64,000 nucleotides of DNA from Glycera tridactyla (GCA_965644265.1 OZ286459.1:108810001-108874000), one strand, 5' to 3'; positions 10,902 to 24,612 are shown, counted from the first letter of the stretch. Numbers and translations are program-made. The notes: generated by a model not told the origin, from the sequence alone.

Positions 10902-12622
10902 CTTCACAATCCGGGGCAAATAATAGTCAGTTAAAACATGCTATTAATAGCACAAAAACAGCAATTAACAGTGGTACGCAGCATGTAGGCGGCCAATATT
11001 TCCACCCAGCTCATCCCCACACTTGAAATCAAACACAATAAAGCTTTTCACCCAAAAACATTCACATTTTCACTCCAAGAGGAAAGGCAATGGATGCCAG
11101 CCAGACTGCAGAAAATGTTGATGTTTTTGAGAACAGGGCATCAACTGGTAGTGCCAATGTATAAAACTAAATCAAGAATGAATATTCGATCAAAATAACA
11201 GGGCGCTTCCCACCAAAGTTGTCTGAAATTGGCAGGCAGTTGGTAGCCAAGGTGTCTACACAAAGTGAAAGCATATCTTCAGTGAAATGGCCTCAAGCTT
11301 TTTGAAAATGCTTCACTAATTTCTGTGTGTAGATCATAGTATTAGTTCTTTGACAAAGATATGATTTGTATGTGAGCAAAACATTATGACTCATATTCAA
11401 GGGGTAAATGGAGCTAATTCAGCAGGGCATCCTTATCAAATGCCTCCAAGATCCCTTTCATTTCACGAGCTTAACCCTTACTGTGTCATATTCTCTTAAA
11501 AATGCAACTACATTTCATCTGCCACCTTCAGTAATTTGGTATTTCTCTACGTCCATTATTCATCATGTCTTTCTTAAATTCTGAAAGATTTTGAAGATGG
11601 CAATACAAATGTACATCCATGGTACACTTAATGAACCACTGAATAGAAGACAGTCAGCAAAATCTTTCTTTGACTGAAATCAACTGCCAACATTCACACT
11701 GAAAATATAGCTTTAATATCTCCACAGAGGATACACAGAAACGTCACTCAAGTGAGCTGTGAATATCTGCCAAATATGGCTGACTTAGGAATTCAACTTT
11801 CTCATACCTATGACCAGATTTTTGAGTGGGAAAATCGTGATACTTTATTCAAGCCATCTGAGAACCATCTGGTTGCAACTTTCCATGGAATGATGAGACT
11901 GATCATAATTTACGAGATGAAAGATGTGTGGTCCAGGATGTGCAGATACCTGAAAGGCTGATCATGGAAGGCAAGACAAAAGAGAAATGTTAGCAGTCCA
12001 AATTCACCATCTTACAGAGAATCTGATCAGATGATCGATCACAAGAAGTACGATTGGTTCTCTTGATGCACGAGTTAAGCTCTTACAATAGGAGCTGTTA
12101 CATGATGACGACATGCAAAGAAAGTCTCCGGTAGAAATAACAAGATGCACTCTAAAGAGATTCATCTATTCAGGGTGATGTATTTATAATGATTAAGGAG
12201 CTTATCAAAACATCTGCTATAGTGTGCAAGCACAACTCTGTGACCAACAGATGCACGGCCTAGCAGGTATCCCAATAACCAGTGAACACCAGTAAGGGTT
12301 AAGACTCATCTTGCATCTAGATTTAGTTACACAAATACAGAGGCCAAATAAAAGCATTAGGCATTTATTGCATAAAAACAAAACTGATTCCATAGTATAT
12401 TCCATGCTAAGTTGACTAAGTGAAAGGCAAATACGCCATACATAATCACCTATCTTGATTGTCAACTGAGCTTGAAATGTACTACCCCTAAATATGGTGA
12501 CACAGGACTAGAACTGCATTCCCACAGGGTACAATTCTAGACATACATTTTTCAAGACAACATTACTGTTGGTAGTGACATAGTGAGAGAGGTGAGAGTG
12601 AGCCTATACACGATATGTATGC

Positions 12623-12819
12623 CAGGGCTCTACATTAAGGCCTGCCCTACCCCCACAAACACGATTATAAACGGCTGTGGCAGGTAATTTGATCCGAGTA
12701 CCTGTCAAATAGGCATGTCCGTGATCAAGATACTGTTTGTATTTCCATGAAGGACAGGTGCAAATTCAACTTCACTTGCCTGATTCACATCTCAAGTAAA
12801 AATTGAATGTAGAGCCCTG
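12623..12819. mobile_element. 197-bp MITE with CAGGG termini (hAT-like)
   Basis: CAGGGCTCTACATT...AATGTAGAGCCCTG: 14-bp perfect TIR. No 8-bp target duplication is visible. Confidence 0.8.
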
Positions 12820-15819
12820 CATAGATGCATACAACTACTATAGACTATGTGATCTGACGCATCCTGGGTGATATTTGCACTATATCAAACACTGGGATGC
12901 CTCTACCAGCCTGGAATGCCTCCAATCCAGTCACTCCTGCGAGCAGATACCTAACAAATGATGAAACTTGCATAGCAATCAAACTGGGAGTCAAAGCATC
13001 ATCATTGTTCCAAGTCTAAGAATTCTGGTTGAGTTTGTATTAATTGACGGAATGAGATTTTCCCATATATATAAAATTGTGATTTTGTATGCCAACAAGT
13101 CACCGGACTGCGGCTGATTTAAAATGAGAATTAATATCATAGTGACTCTGAGACACATATATATCTGGGTTGTGCAACCAACAGTTTAGGTGCAACGCTC
13201 CATGAGCTGAGTGAAATGACTTGGTGTAGCCACAGATCAGTTTCTTGGTTAAGTTCAGACTTCAACTTGAACACGTGAATATTGTCGGATAATGAAAAAT
13301 TATCGCCATATTGCGATATGTAACCACTCATGAAAGCTTCATGAGGTCAAAGGTATCAAACATTGCCAAATTTTTTAGGCCAGAATGGTCGAATTACTAG
13401 ATTCTTTCAAATGCTGAAGATCTAATTATAAGCACCCCCACTCTCTACCATGCTCTGCAAAAAGAATAAGTTAAAGGATAACTTTCTAATCCTGTGTCAA
13501 CTAATAACAATAACGGGTGAACTGGCAGGAGATCATGAAGGAAAGGGGCTCCAGGTCAGAGCAGCAAAGAAGCAGGAATCATACAACAGGTAGGGGCAAA
13601 TACACCACAATCTGTGGCACCAAGCTGCTATTGATTTGGTTGCAATGACTGCATAAGGACTGAAATGGATACAATTTGTGGTTGAAAAATTACCCGTGAA
13701 GCTGCGGGATGTTTTTTTTGGCTCCGAGGTTAGCATGAGCCATAAGCCTGATCATTGCTAAAATTATCATCATTAGGCTGGAGAAGTTCATTAATTTTAG
13801 CTGAATTGGCCCAGAGATTTTTTGACTCACACACTCATAACTTAGACGGACATCAGAAACCCCTGCTTGAATCATGATTTTAGAAATGGAGAAGTCCAAA
13901 ATCATGCTTCAGTCACAGATATTGGATGTCTGAAAGAAACGAAATGCTCTCTCAATCAAATCAAGGAAAAGCAGAGTTTTGCTGTGAATTTGGCAATACT
14001 TTAGCCAAATTTGCTGAGGGGTACAAACTTGAAAAGCAGGGAATAGCTTTTCTTGTCCCTGATATCAAAATGAATTGAATATAATGCCGAATATTTAGAT
14101 ATATCCGAATGTCAAAAAAAAAATTCACACATAGAGAATAATATCAGACTAAGAATGAACAAGGGCTGTAAAAACAATTTGATTTGAGTATGATAATGAA
14201 TATGCAGCTGGTCACCACATGGGATGTGCTCCAAGGAGATAAATAAAATGAATACCTGATAGAAGAGCACCAGCAGTCGTAGATGTGAGAGTTAGAAGTA
14301 GGAGGAGGAGGTGGAGGAGGAGATGGACAGGGAGAAATAAGATGGAAAACGAGGACAGCACGAGACTTATATGGGACACAAACATCCAAGATCATCTTCA
14401 TTGCCATTGCAGTGCTGCTTGCTCTAGGCTCGGACTACTTTTTTTTCCAGTCTCGGCTGGCTCTCAAATCATACATGTTACATGCACAATGACAAGTAAA
14501 AATCTCACTAGTCAAATTCAAACCAAGCACATCGGGCATCATGACTAATCTCGTCTCAGATGAAGTTTATGATCATTTCATGATATATTCAGCTTCCGGA
14601 GGACAGGCTGATTCTATACGCATTGACAATGAGGTCACTTGACAACGGACCGAACTGTTTTAAGAAGCCATATGCTGATGAAAAGATTGCTGAAAGCTCC
14701 GACTTTCTAAAGCCACCGTGCATAACATGGGTCCTATTATCTTCATAATTTGCACTGAATGTGTTGTTGCACGAGCACATCTGTCCCCTCGATTCTCATG
14801 CAGAAGTCAGAAGAAATAGTGAACGACAGCTGACCATTCCAAAACATAATCAATAATAGTACTGGTTAAAGACGAGAGATGTAATTGAAAACCAGACAGA
14901 GATGAATGAAATAGAAGGCTGTAGGAGAAAAAGAGTCTGCCAATACATCCACAACTTCATAATCAACAGCGATAGTGGGCTTAAAATCATCAAATCACTT
15001 CATTGGAGAGGGGGAATCATTACACTTTCATCTCAAGTTCAGGAAGTTCACTATTCACCAGACACGCATCAAAGTCATTGGTTGGCTGAGAATATGTTTT
15101 TTCTTGAGTTGACCACCGGGTACTCAACTTGTAGAACACAAGTCCTATCCAAGCATAAATTGATACTTGGTAAACCGTCTCCATGTTTACTGGGTAACAT
15201 GAACTTAGTGACCTGGAGGTGAAAGTGCAATTTGAGGTAAAGCTTTCACCTTGGGAAGATGAAACAATCTCCACCATACCAAATACAGGGGTTGGTTCGT
15301 TCCCAGGATTGATGTTGCAGTAATTGGCTTTGAATAACTTATTCCAATCCTCAATTTTGAAACATAATCACAAGGCACAAAGGTTGCCAGCTATCTTGCC
15401 GAAAAGGGCAAAGGGAAACCAATATGTACTTGCCTGATTGATTGAGGAGTTGGAGTTTGATGGCATGTATCAACCCTAAGGTTTATATATGCTGGTATTT
15501 GCCCGACTAGCAAATTTGCAACACAGAATATCCAAAAAATTCAATTACTTTGTGGACAAGTGTGCATTGAAATCAACTTCATTTTACATCAATTTTATCT
15601 TTCCCAGGCAATAAGGCACCCCAACATCAAACCTAGGTTACCCAGAGGCTGGAATTTCCTGTGTTTATTCCACCATTCAAGCTACATCAGTGGCACAAAG
15701 GATGAGATGAACATGGTAAACTCCAGCCATGGCAAACAGAGCGATCCAACCCAAGAGTAACACTGATACCCACTCTCAATAAGAGGGCTGGGGGGAAAAA
15801 CAATACGAAAAGGACTTAC

Positions 15820-15994
15820 TTCCGAAACCTAATGCAGATACTTCACCGGGCAGAGCACCATCTCCAGAAGGCAGGCTAGGGTTTGTGTAGTCACGACTCT
15901 TGTCATTGTTGTATTTGACATTGAGGGTGGTCAACTTGGAAAAGTCTATGCGGAGTGTACAGCAGCCATTGTAGATGTTCTGACCATTGAGTGA
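15820..15994 (-). CDS. PTBP1: PTB coding exon, end of RRM2 (175 nt, phase 0-1): [58 protein letters not shown]
   Basis: Acceptor ttttttattttcag|TCA, donor GAA|gtaagt. Near-invariant PTB motif [37 protein letters not shown]. Confidence 0.97.
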
Positions 15995-17414
15995 CTGAAA
16001 ATAAAAAAAAAAGGAATGGAATGTATAATATCAGATCAGTGATTCAAGATTATATGAATTGGAGGTTGAACATCAGAACAACATCCACACATGCATGCAC
16101 ATGCACGCGTGCAGGCAGGCACATCACACACACACACACACCCACACAAAAGCAGATATACAACTTGTAAAGTAATATGGTCCATGTTTGATGTTGAAGA
16201 CAAGGTGTCGACTGTTAGTCGTCATACAGCGGAAGGAAATGTGAGAGGATTTAGCTCAGTGAATATGATACTTTAGCCTGAAAAAGACAATCTCTATCAA
16301 CTCTGCCTGCAGGACACACTACATCATGAAAGATATGACTGCTTTGTAAGAGACCACAATGCTTTTCATGAAAGTGGTTGGAACTCTGTGCTCCATCATA
16401 TCATGATTGTTCCATACCTGAACAAGTACCAGCTGATTCAGTCCAACAGTTGTATTTATTCATTGTTGTGGTATTTATTTGTTAAGTCACTGTATTTAAG
16501 AAAATTTTTGATATGGATCCCAAGGTTCTGTTACAGGAGATGACATTCCTACTAGAACAAACTTGTCTCCAAAAGCGACACAGTTTGATAGAAAATAGAC
16601 AAAACTTTATCTATCTAATTTATTTAACTAATATTGATGAGTGTCCTCTGTATAAAGGTGGTTTTTTTGTATGGTATACTATGTTGCATTTACCGCTTGG
16701 AAGCAGCCTTTAAAGGCATGTGACCAAAAAAAGCAGGTCAGATTGATCAGTGGAAAATACCAGGGCTGTATAGATGATTCAATGCAGCCTTGAGTGAGGA
16801 ACCTCTTTAATAATCTCAACGTGAAGACTGTTCAATGGAAAATTTTCTATTGTGTTAGTCTGATATACATCTTTGAGTATGTACCACAATTAATGTAATT
16901 GGTATGGTACTGGTACGTATTACTGTCAGCAGGAGATATCAACTACAATCTACAGCTTCATATTGAATGGTGGCATGTGTGCTACATAATACACTCCATG
17001 ACCTAATGAAGATAATATCACCCAGTACCAAGACCTGATGAGTTGACCCAGATCAAAGAGGGAATCCATCATCACTGCTGCCCTGTGCCACAATCTTCGC
17101 GTTTCCATGGATACATGAGGGTGTCAGTGTGTGAGTGAAGGTTTCCCTGGCCTGCGCCAGACAGGCAATGGCTCCACTCATCTCAGTCTAGCTCATGCAT
17201 AAATGCAAAGCTGCCGCCATTTGTCCTGTTTACTCATCTGCCTGCCATATATCTCCTGCCTTAATTCATCTAAACAATTCCCACAGAACAAAATCAACTC
17301 TCCCCTGACCTAGACTGCATCTCTCCATCAGCAATCACCTGGTTTTTCTTCCACTGGCCTCTGCTCTCATGGTTGAAACCTTTTCTGATCAGCACATTGA
17401 TCCCATTGTGCGTG

Positions 17415-17416
<2 letters not shown>

Positions 17417-17480
<64 letters not shown>
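17417..17480. repeat. (TG)32 microsatellite
   Basis: Read directly. Confidence 0.97.
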
Positions 17481-17484
<4 letters not shown>

Positions 17485-17559
17485 CATGCATGTGAGCATG
17501 TGTGTGTTTGTATGTGTGAGCACATGTGCACTGAGCTCTGTTTTTTGTGGGATGACTCT

Positions 17560-17662
17560 GTGGTGCAGCAGTTAGCAGTGCCAGCAATGGTAGTGGGGGT
17601 CTTACTCAGAGGTTGTGGGTTCAACCCCACATGAACACCCAAAATTGGGACATTGCATGGAT
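17560..17662 (+). mobile_element. tRNA-derived SINE-like fragment
   Basis: B-box-like GGTTCAACCCC within AGAGGTTGTGGGTTCAACCCC...CCCAAAATT. A homologous copy lies on the minus strand near 52367-52423. Confidence 0.55.
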
Positions 17663-18710
17663 GTTGGAGGGTTATGGAGATTCCGGACAGATGCAAACAG
17701 GGCAAGGGCATTATGCACAGTCTGCATAAAGCGTGTGGATCATTAGATCATTACAAGGATCATTAGTTCATTATGGGTCATCGTGGATAAGATCACAATA
17801 TCATCAGTTATCGCCATGGCAGCGGCAATGAAAGCTCAATCACATCAGCTATCGTCCTCATCACAGACAAATGTCATCAGCAGTGCTGCCATTACCCATC
17901 CAACCGCCGCTAATGGCACAGTTGGCTCTGACACGTACTCATGGTCCTCCCAACATCAGGAACTGACATCTATACAATCCTAAGTATTCAGCAGGTTTTT
18001 TTATACTTTAAACATGATTTGAATCAAGTATGTTTTGAACTAAATTCACTGCAAGCAAAAGTGCCAAATTGAAGAAAAAGTTCGGAATTGTTTCACATTT
18101 CATTCAAACCTGATATGAATTGAGTATGTTGTCAACTAAATTCATAGTGAACAAAATATGTCCAAAGTTCCACACACTCTTCTCATTTCATCTCTAAGAA
18201 TGAGTTGATGAAATAACAGTAATCTGAACTTTCATCTTGATTACTGACCCACAGTTTATGAATATGTACCTCCCTGCTTCATTCAATGTTAGCAAATTTC
18301 ATGAGTTTCACCTCAACAACTAGCCAGAAAAAGTATAAATATAATTTTGTAATGTGCAAAGGGCATATACCTCAAGGCTAATGATTGCAATAAGAAGTGA
18401 AACTTGCTGATGTTTTTATGTTTTCATAACAAACCTCGGTGATAATTTGGTCAGAGCAAGACATTTCAGAGTTGGAGTGACAGGTGAGTGTACAATACAT
18501 TACTAGCTGTCAGGCAGTGGCGTCCTCGTCTGTTAGATCAGAGTTGACTTCAGTTCATCTAAACACAGAGCCTTCAAAGCGTCCTTCTCTCTCTCTATTC
18601 CTGTCCTCACTCGCACATCACTTGAATTCATCTTTTACCATTCTCTTGGAAACTTTGCACAAAGAACAGCAACATCCCCCACTTTCAAGTGGCAGATGTA
18701 ACCATACACC

Positions 18711-18712
<2 letters not shown>

Positions 18713-18760
<48 letters not shown>
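18713..18760. repeat. (TG)24 microsatellite
   Basis: Read directly. Confidence 0.97.
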
Positions 18761-18761
<1 letters not shown>

Positions 18762-18829
18762 ATGCGTATGCGTGCATGCATGCACATATGAGAGGAAGTC
18801 AGACAATAGCTGCACACATATTTCTGGTA

Positions 18830-19958
18830 CAGTAAAACCTGCTATGAGCGACCCTCTAATGAGCGACCACCTCTCTTGAACGACCGCTTTTTCCCACCAA
18901 AATAGTTTCTCTTATGTATTCCACCTCTAATGAGAGACCCCTCCTATGAGCGACCACCTCTTTTGAAAGACCGCCTTCGTACTGTCGAAAAACCTGCTAT
19001 GGACGACCGTTGACGAGTTGAGACTGGGCGATTATCGCCGAAAATTGCATGCTTGGCTACACATCTGCTCACCTTGCCGCGATGCTCACTGTTTCTATCA
19101 CCCCCATGCTATTGTTTGGCCAATCGCGCCGACATACTCCACTGATTCCCAAGAATCGGTCGCTGTAAACGTCTATATCGACGAACAAACACGTCTGAGT
19201 AGCGATCTTTATGCGAAAAGCAATCGTACACGTGGGCTGAACTGCCATCACATGATCATAAAGAAAACAAGATGGCGGCCAGCCCCAAAGAAACTATCAT
19301 TGAGAATAAAGCATCTCGGCCAATATTTCGTTTATACGTACAATTATGTTCGAAATCGTACAGGAACGCATTGGTAGATTTTGCAGGGAATACATTTCTG
19401 TCTTCATTTAATGTGTATATGCTCTCTCTGAGCCGATGATCGCAGATTACCGGATATTAATGAAATTTTCAATGGCGCCATTTCGTGGGTCTTCTCACGC
19501 TAGACGAGAATATTCGACTGGATGGTTATGTTTCGAATGAATTTATCATCGGGATGACGAGTATGCCGATATTTCATGATAAACGATCGTTTTACATGCA
19601 ATTGTCGTATAAATATCGCCTTGGCAATATTTTGCGTCGTCTGTCGAATGATGAAAACAACAAGAGGCAAGATGGCGGACATGGATGCAATCGTGTATAG
19701 TCGCAAGTGAATTTATCACAATCATGGCCAAAATGTCGATATTTCTTCGCAAACGGTCGCTTGGTATGCAAATATAGGATAGATTTGGCGTGGACTGCAT
19801 CAGTGGTCACGAGTTGAATGTACACAGTCGAAATCGTCTTCTGGTTTTAGTCTTTTATGTTTTACCGGCCGACTTCGAACCTCTTATGGGCGACCACCTC
19901 TTTTGAACGACCGATTTTGGTTGACATTTGGGGCGGTCTCACAAAATAGGTTTTACTG
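18830..19958. mobile_element. Non-autonomous DNA transposon (Tc1/mariner/pogo-like), 1129 bp
   Basis: TA|CAGTAAAACCT...AGGTTTTACTG|TA: 11-bp perfect TIR and TA target duplication. Subterminal GCGACCACCTC units, CpG-rich interior, no long ORF. Confidence 0.85.
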
Positions 19959-21526
19959 TATCTTCTATGAGAGGCTGTCAATATTTTGTTCATATGAATA
20001 GCTCATATATGAATAGCCGATGCTCTCAATAAAATTTAATGAATGCTGCATACACAGAAAAATTTGATGGCAGTACCTAGAAAAATTAGAATGCAGTTCA
20101 TTAGTAACCAGCCAAATTATTCTCTCCTAGTTCTGGCGAGTCTCAGGGTATGCCATTAGCTCTCACTTCTTGTCAAATGAGCAAGTGCATAAAATGCATA
20201 TATGCACCACTTAATTTAACATTAGCTCTGCACTCTTGGCGGTGCTTTATAGCAGAGGCACCTGCTACCTACCCATCAATTAAAGGCCTCCACTGATGAT
20301 TCTGTACCATCTGTCATCAAATTCTGCTCCTTCCCTGACATGTTTTAGTCTCAGAGCACACAGCATGGTTGTGTAGGTTGAGGTAAAAAGTTACATTTAA
20401 TAAAGTTTGATAACAGGTTTCTCATTAAGGTGACATAATGTCTCGTGTTGAATTTCCGCGACTTCAATCATATACGTGTCACGCTCCTAATTAATAGTTT
20501 GTGCACACAATCTCCCTCGCTCACGTGCACACAAAAACACAAATGCACACGCACATGCATACATACATACACACACACACACCACAAAATACATGGACAT
20601 AAAAAAACACTAATATAATGAATAAAGGTAACTATCTAAACTAAATATTAATAAGAAACATCAATTCTCAACAGCTTCATGCAGGAAAGGCAGCTGAACA
20701 TCATTGGATTGATTGATTGATTGACAGATCAATCAATTGATAAGAATTTATCGGGATATACTAAGCCAAAGGATTATGTATGCTGTTTGTTCTCAATCAA
20801 TTAAAACTGAATGCTCCACACAATGCAGGCATTTCACACAAAAATCCTGCAGCCCAGATGATGGTGGTGGTCCAAGTGTTAAGATGGCATATGATTTTTT
20901 ATGGACGCATTACGCTGAGGATCAAATGGTGAGCACCATCTGGTGACGGCTCCCTGACCACTAATCTGTGACCTCCTGCTAATCTCATCAAAGAACCTCC
21001 GAGATTTTCTTTGCTCACTATTTCCGGCGATTATCACCTGATGACGGCGATTTTCATCTGATGAAGAGGGCCAAAAGATAATACATCCTGCTATCTCATA
21101 TAGCAAGAATCCACGTGTGTATTCAGAGAAATGACGCATGCATATTCAGAGAAATGAGGAGATTCCAGCTGATGCATCCGGTCATGAAGTGTTTTTCTGG
21201 TCTGAAAGTTGAACTTTTCCTAAGCATGACTTGTATTAAAATGTGACTGTATATTATGATTTTCATGGATGTGGTTGGCTTACAACCAAAACCCCTGAAA
21301 ACATGCAGGAATTTATTTTAGAACCATCTTCTGGATACTATGATACAAAGCACGGGCCTTTTCAATCACCTGCATCTTCTGTGCCCTATCTTCATTGATT
21401 CTAAACTGACCTTCATGATCTAAATGCCAAAACCGGCAGTATTACAAGTTCTTCTCAGCCATCATATATGGATATCTGCATTCACCATTGTGACAACTAA
21501 GGAAAGCCAGAAAACAAGATACTTAC

Positions 21527-21585
21527 CACCCGTGCAGTCTGTGCAGCAATGGGATCGGAGTACTCAATAAGTGCTTGGAATGTAT
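21527..21585 (-). CDS. PTBP1: PTB coding exon, RRM2 (59 nt, phase 1-0): (N)TFQALIEYSDPIAAQTARV
   Basis: Acceptor tttcttctttccag|AT, donor GTG|gtaagt. Corresponds to PTB NQFQALLQYADPVSAQHAKL, and the phase fits both neighbours. Confidence 0.94.
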
Positions 21586-22842
21586 CTGGAAAGAAGAAAT
21601 ACAAATTATTTTATCTTAATCACATCACATGAGAGGGTTGACTCTCCTCACAAAACCCACCCTTGAATAATCCTGTCAACACCCCTTCTCACCACTGCTA
21701 CCCCTGACATCTTTAATGAGCCCACCCCTGACAGAATTAATGATAGAAGCCAGCCCTAATCAATCAATCTTTCTTACAATATCTGGGATCCTGCAACCCT
21801 TCCTCTGACAGCAACCCTACTGACTTCCTGAAACACCCCTCCTTACAGAAGCCACCCTCGAATGACCCAGATCATTCCTGAGCAAAACAGACAAGATGCT
21901 GTCAGTGATCAATCTTCCGACATGTAAGTCACTCTGGACACCATCTCCAGCATGGTAGATTTCAGTGTTACATTTGCAGATCCTGAAAATGTTTCAGATG
22001 GCATCCGCAAATGCAAATACCAAAACCAAAAGAGAAAGGAGATGTAAACCATACAGCTCTTGTCCATCCACACTAAAGTTAGCAGCAAGAACCCAGATTT
22101 TATCCTTTTAGCTAAGATATTGCCCAAGCTTTCTTCGAAAGTAGGGTGGTGGAAGTTAGGGTGGTGGTGGATTGATTCTGAAAGAGCACCTTCAAGAAGC
22201 CTGGTGTTCTTAGGCAAGGCACATTTGGAAGCCACAAGTCTTAGACTGTTTACATTATGATGTTTATGTACAGAAGTGCACTATCTCACCTAGTTCTATT
22301 TACACTGAGACACAGAATGCCAAGTGTTGAACCGGGGCAGCTGTTCACCAACATCATTCACAGAGGTGGCTGCTCACCTTGCGCTGCCTGTATTAAAGCA
22401 TGTTTTCACAAGATTCCCACCATGTCTTTCTTAAAATTTTACCCTAGTATAGCGGTACTAATGAGATGAAACAATTTAGAAATATGGTTACCAAGTTCCA
22501 GCCAAATTGCATGTATGCCACGCACGCACGCTGCGAGTGTGCTCACGCGCACATACGCATACGCATACGCACACGCACACCAAAAACAATGTCTTCCATG
22601 ATACTGCTGGCAGGGACCATCAGGCAGGGGTATGGGGTGCCTATCCCAGATATTAAGCACCAGTTGCTCACCAGGTCTAATTATGTACCATGTTGATCTT
22701 GGCACCCCTTTCACAAGCAGATGATATACAACACATGACATACAACTGTTACCAATGGCTGGGAAAATTCAACAATATCATCAGCAATTTGTAGATATAC
22801 ATGCAGGTTTCCATGTCAACTCTAACTCTACCCCCACATCTG

Positions 22843-22846
<4 letters not shown>

Positions 22847-22900
<54 letters not shown>

Positions 22901-22985
22901 ATACATGTGTGCATACATGTACGCATGCACGTGCATGCATGCATGCACACAAACATATGCGTGGGCATATGCACACACTGTGCAT
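22847..22985. repeat. (GT)n microsatellite (pure to 22899) with a degenerate purine-pyrimidine tail
   Basis: Read directly. Confidence 0.95.
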
Positions 22986-23431
22986 GTTTGAAGTGGAACT
23001 GTGTCACCCAGTCAAGTATCCCCAGCTTATGTACTGGTAGGCCATATGTGAGTGTGTGCGTGTGCGTAGGCTTTGCATCTCTCTGTGGCCCAGCATTAAA
23101 CTAGAGCTAGACAGGCAGATAAATATTTACTTGATCTTCAACACTGGACAAGGGGCCCCACCATAGATGCCCTCTTGCCAACCCCCTGAACCAGGCATTT
23201 CAAAGACTTATCTAAAAGCTCCGCAACAGCCCCCACAAACAATCACCCACACACTATTCACTTTCACCAGGCTTTGGTTTCCACCAGATGGAGCTTATGA
23301 AGGTCATGTGTGAGTGAAATAGCTACTAGAGATTTGCACTGGTCATACTTCAGATCTCTGTCACATTCCACACCCACAAAATGAGGCAGACAGTACATCA
23401 AATAAATCAGTATAGATAAATGAATACTCAC

Positions 23432-23483
23432 TGTTCTTGTTGAATGTGACTATTCTGAGAACTTGTCCATATCGGGCAAATAT
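23432..23483 (-). CDS. PTBP1: PTB coding exon, RRM2 (52 nt, phase 0-1): IFARYGQVLRIVTFNKN
   Basis: Acceptor ttttttctcttcttccag|ATA, donor ACA|gtgagt. Corresponds to PTB IFSKFGTVLKIITFTKN. Confidence 0.94.
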
Positions 23484-24612
23484 CTGGAAGAAGAGAAAAA
23501 ACAAATCATTAATATGATAACTCTAGTGAATTCATTGAACGACAGCATGATGCAATAAGGTGGCTAACAGGCAGAAATTATGACCTGTAATAAAACTGAC
23601 TTCATACGTAAATTGACTGCGCAAAGACACATGTGGTTCCTGAAATAGGGGTGACAGCTTGACAGAGCATAATCAAACTGAAAGATGGTCTCTGTGGAGA
23701 GGTGGGTTGAAAGGGTCACAGATTCAGAATCCTTCTACCCCAAAAACGGAAGATTTAATGATAGCCAACCATGATCTGATCCTTCTCAGGTGGCAACCCC
23801 CTCCCATTCACCATCTATTACTTGATATCGATGATACACTCAGTATTTCAGGAAAAGATAACACGAAAAACCAGTGACGAATCACCACCCTAAATGTCAC
23901 CAAATAGTAGTCTTGAAGATGTGGTCTTTTGTTGGGGGGGGGGGGGGATATTAGAATATTTAAAACTGCCCCGAAAAACCGGCTTGGTGGGGGGGGGGGG
24001 GGGGGGGGGGCCTTGTGCAATCCATTGGATGGGCCACAATTTGTGGAGTCAGGCCTCTACTGTACTGGAGTACATGTAGTGAAATGGTTAATATTATAAG
24101 GATTGGGTGGGGGCCAGCCGAGCCCAGTGAAGTGGCTGCCAGCTCTCGACTCCCGACAGGCTGCACTCAACTGTGAAGGTCAACTCAACAGGTGTGCAAG
24201 CTGTCAAGATGGAGGCTTCCATGGCAACCATATGGGAGCGCTACCTGCCAGCCTCCTACCACAACCACATCTTTCTCCATCAAAGATAAAGATGTGATAT
24301 ATGAATACCACCTTCCACGCTCCCCAGTCTAATGTTTGCCAAAGTGCAATTCTTCCCTCAACAAAAATAGTATTGATTTCTGAATTAAGACAAAGGAGAC
24401 TGGAACCTATGGAACCTTCTGTCTACTTTCATTCTAATGTGAGTACCAGGAATTTTTTCCTATCAGAGTTAAAATGTCCGTTTCCCAAATAATGAGAAAA
24501 TTTTGAATTTATTGGTGTGATTGCATGCACAGAAGGGTAGTAATTTGGTGCAATAATAATTACTACCCCAAAATTGGAGTGTCTGGAGAGCATACATACC
24601 CACTCCCTACAC

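Noticed and set aside
19018-19825. Several overlapping ORFs inside the 1.1-kb TIR element
   Set aside because: Short, with no DDE/HTH transposase motifs. They reflect CpG-rich composition.
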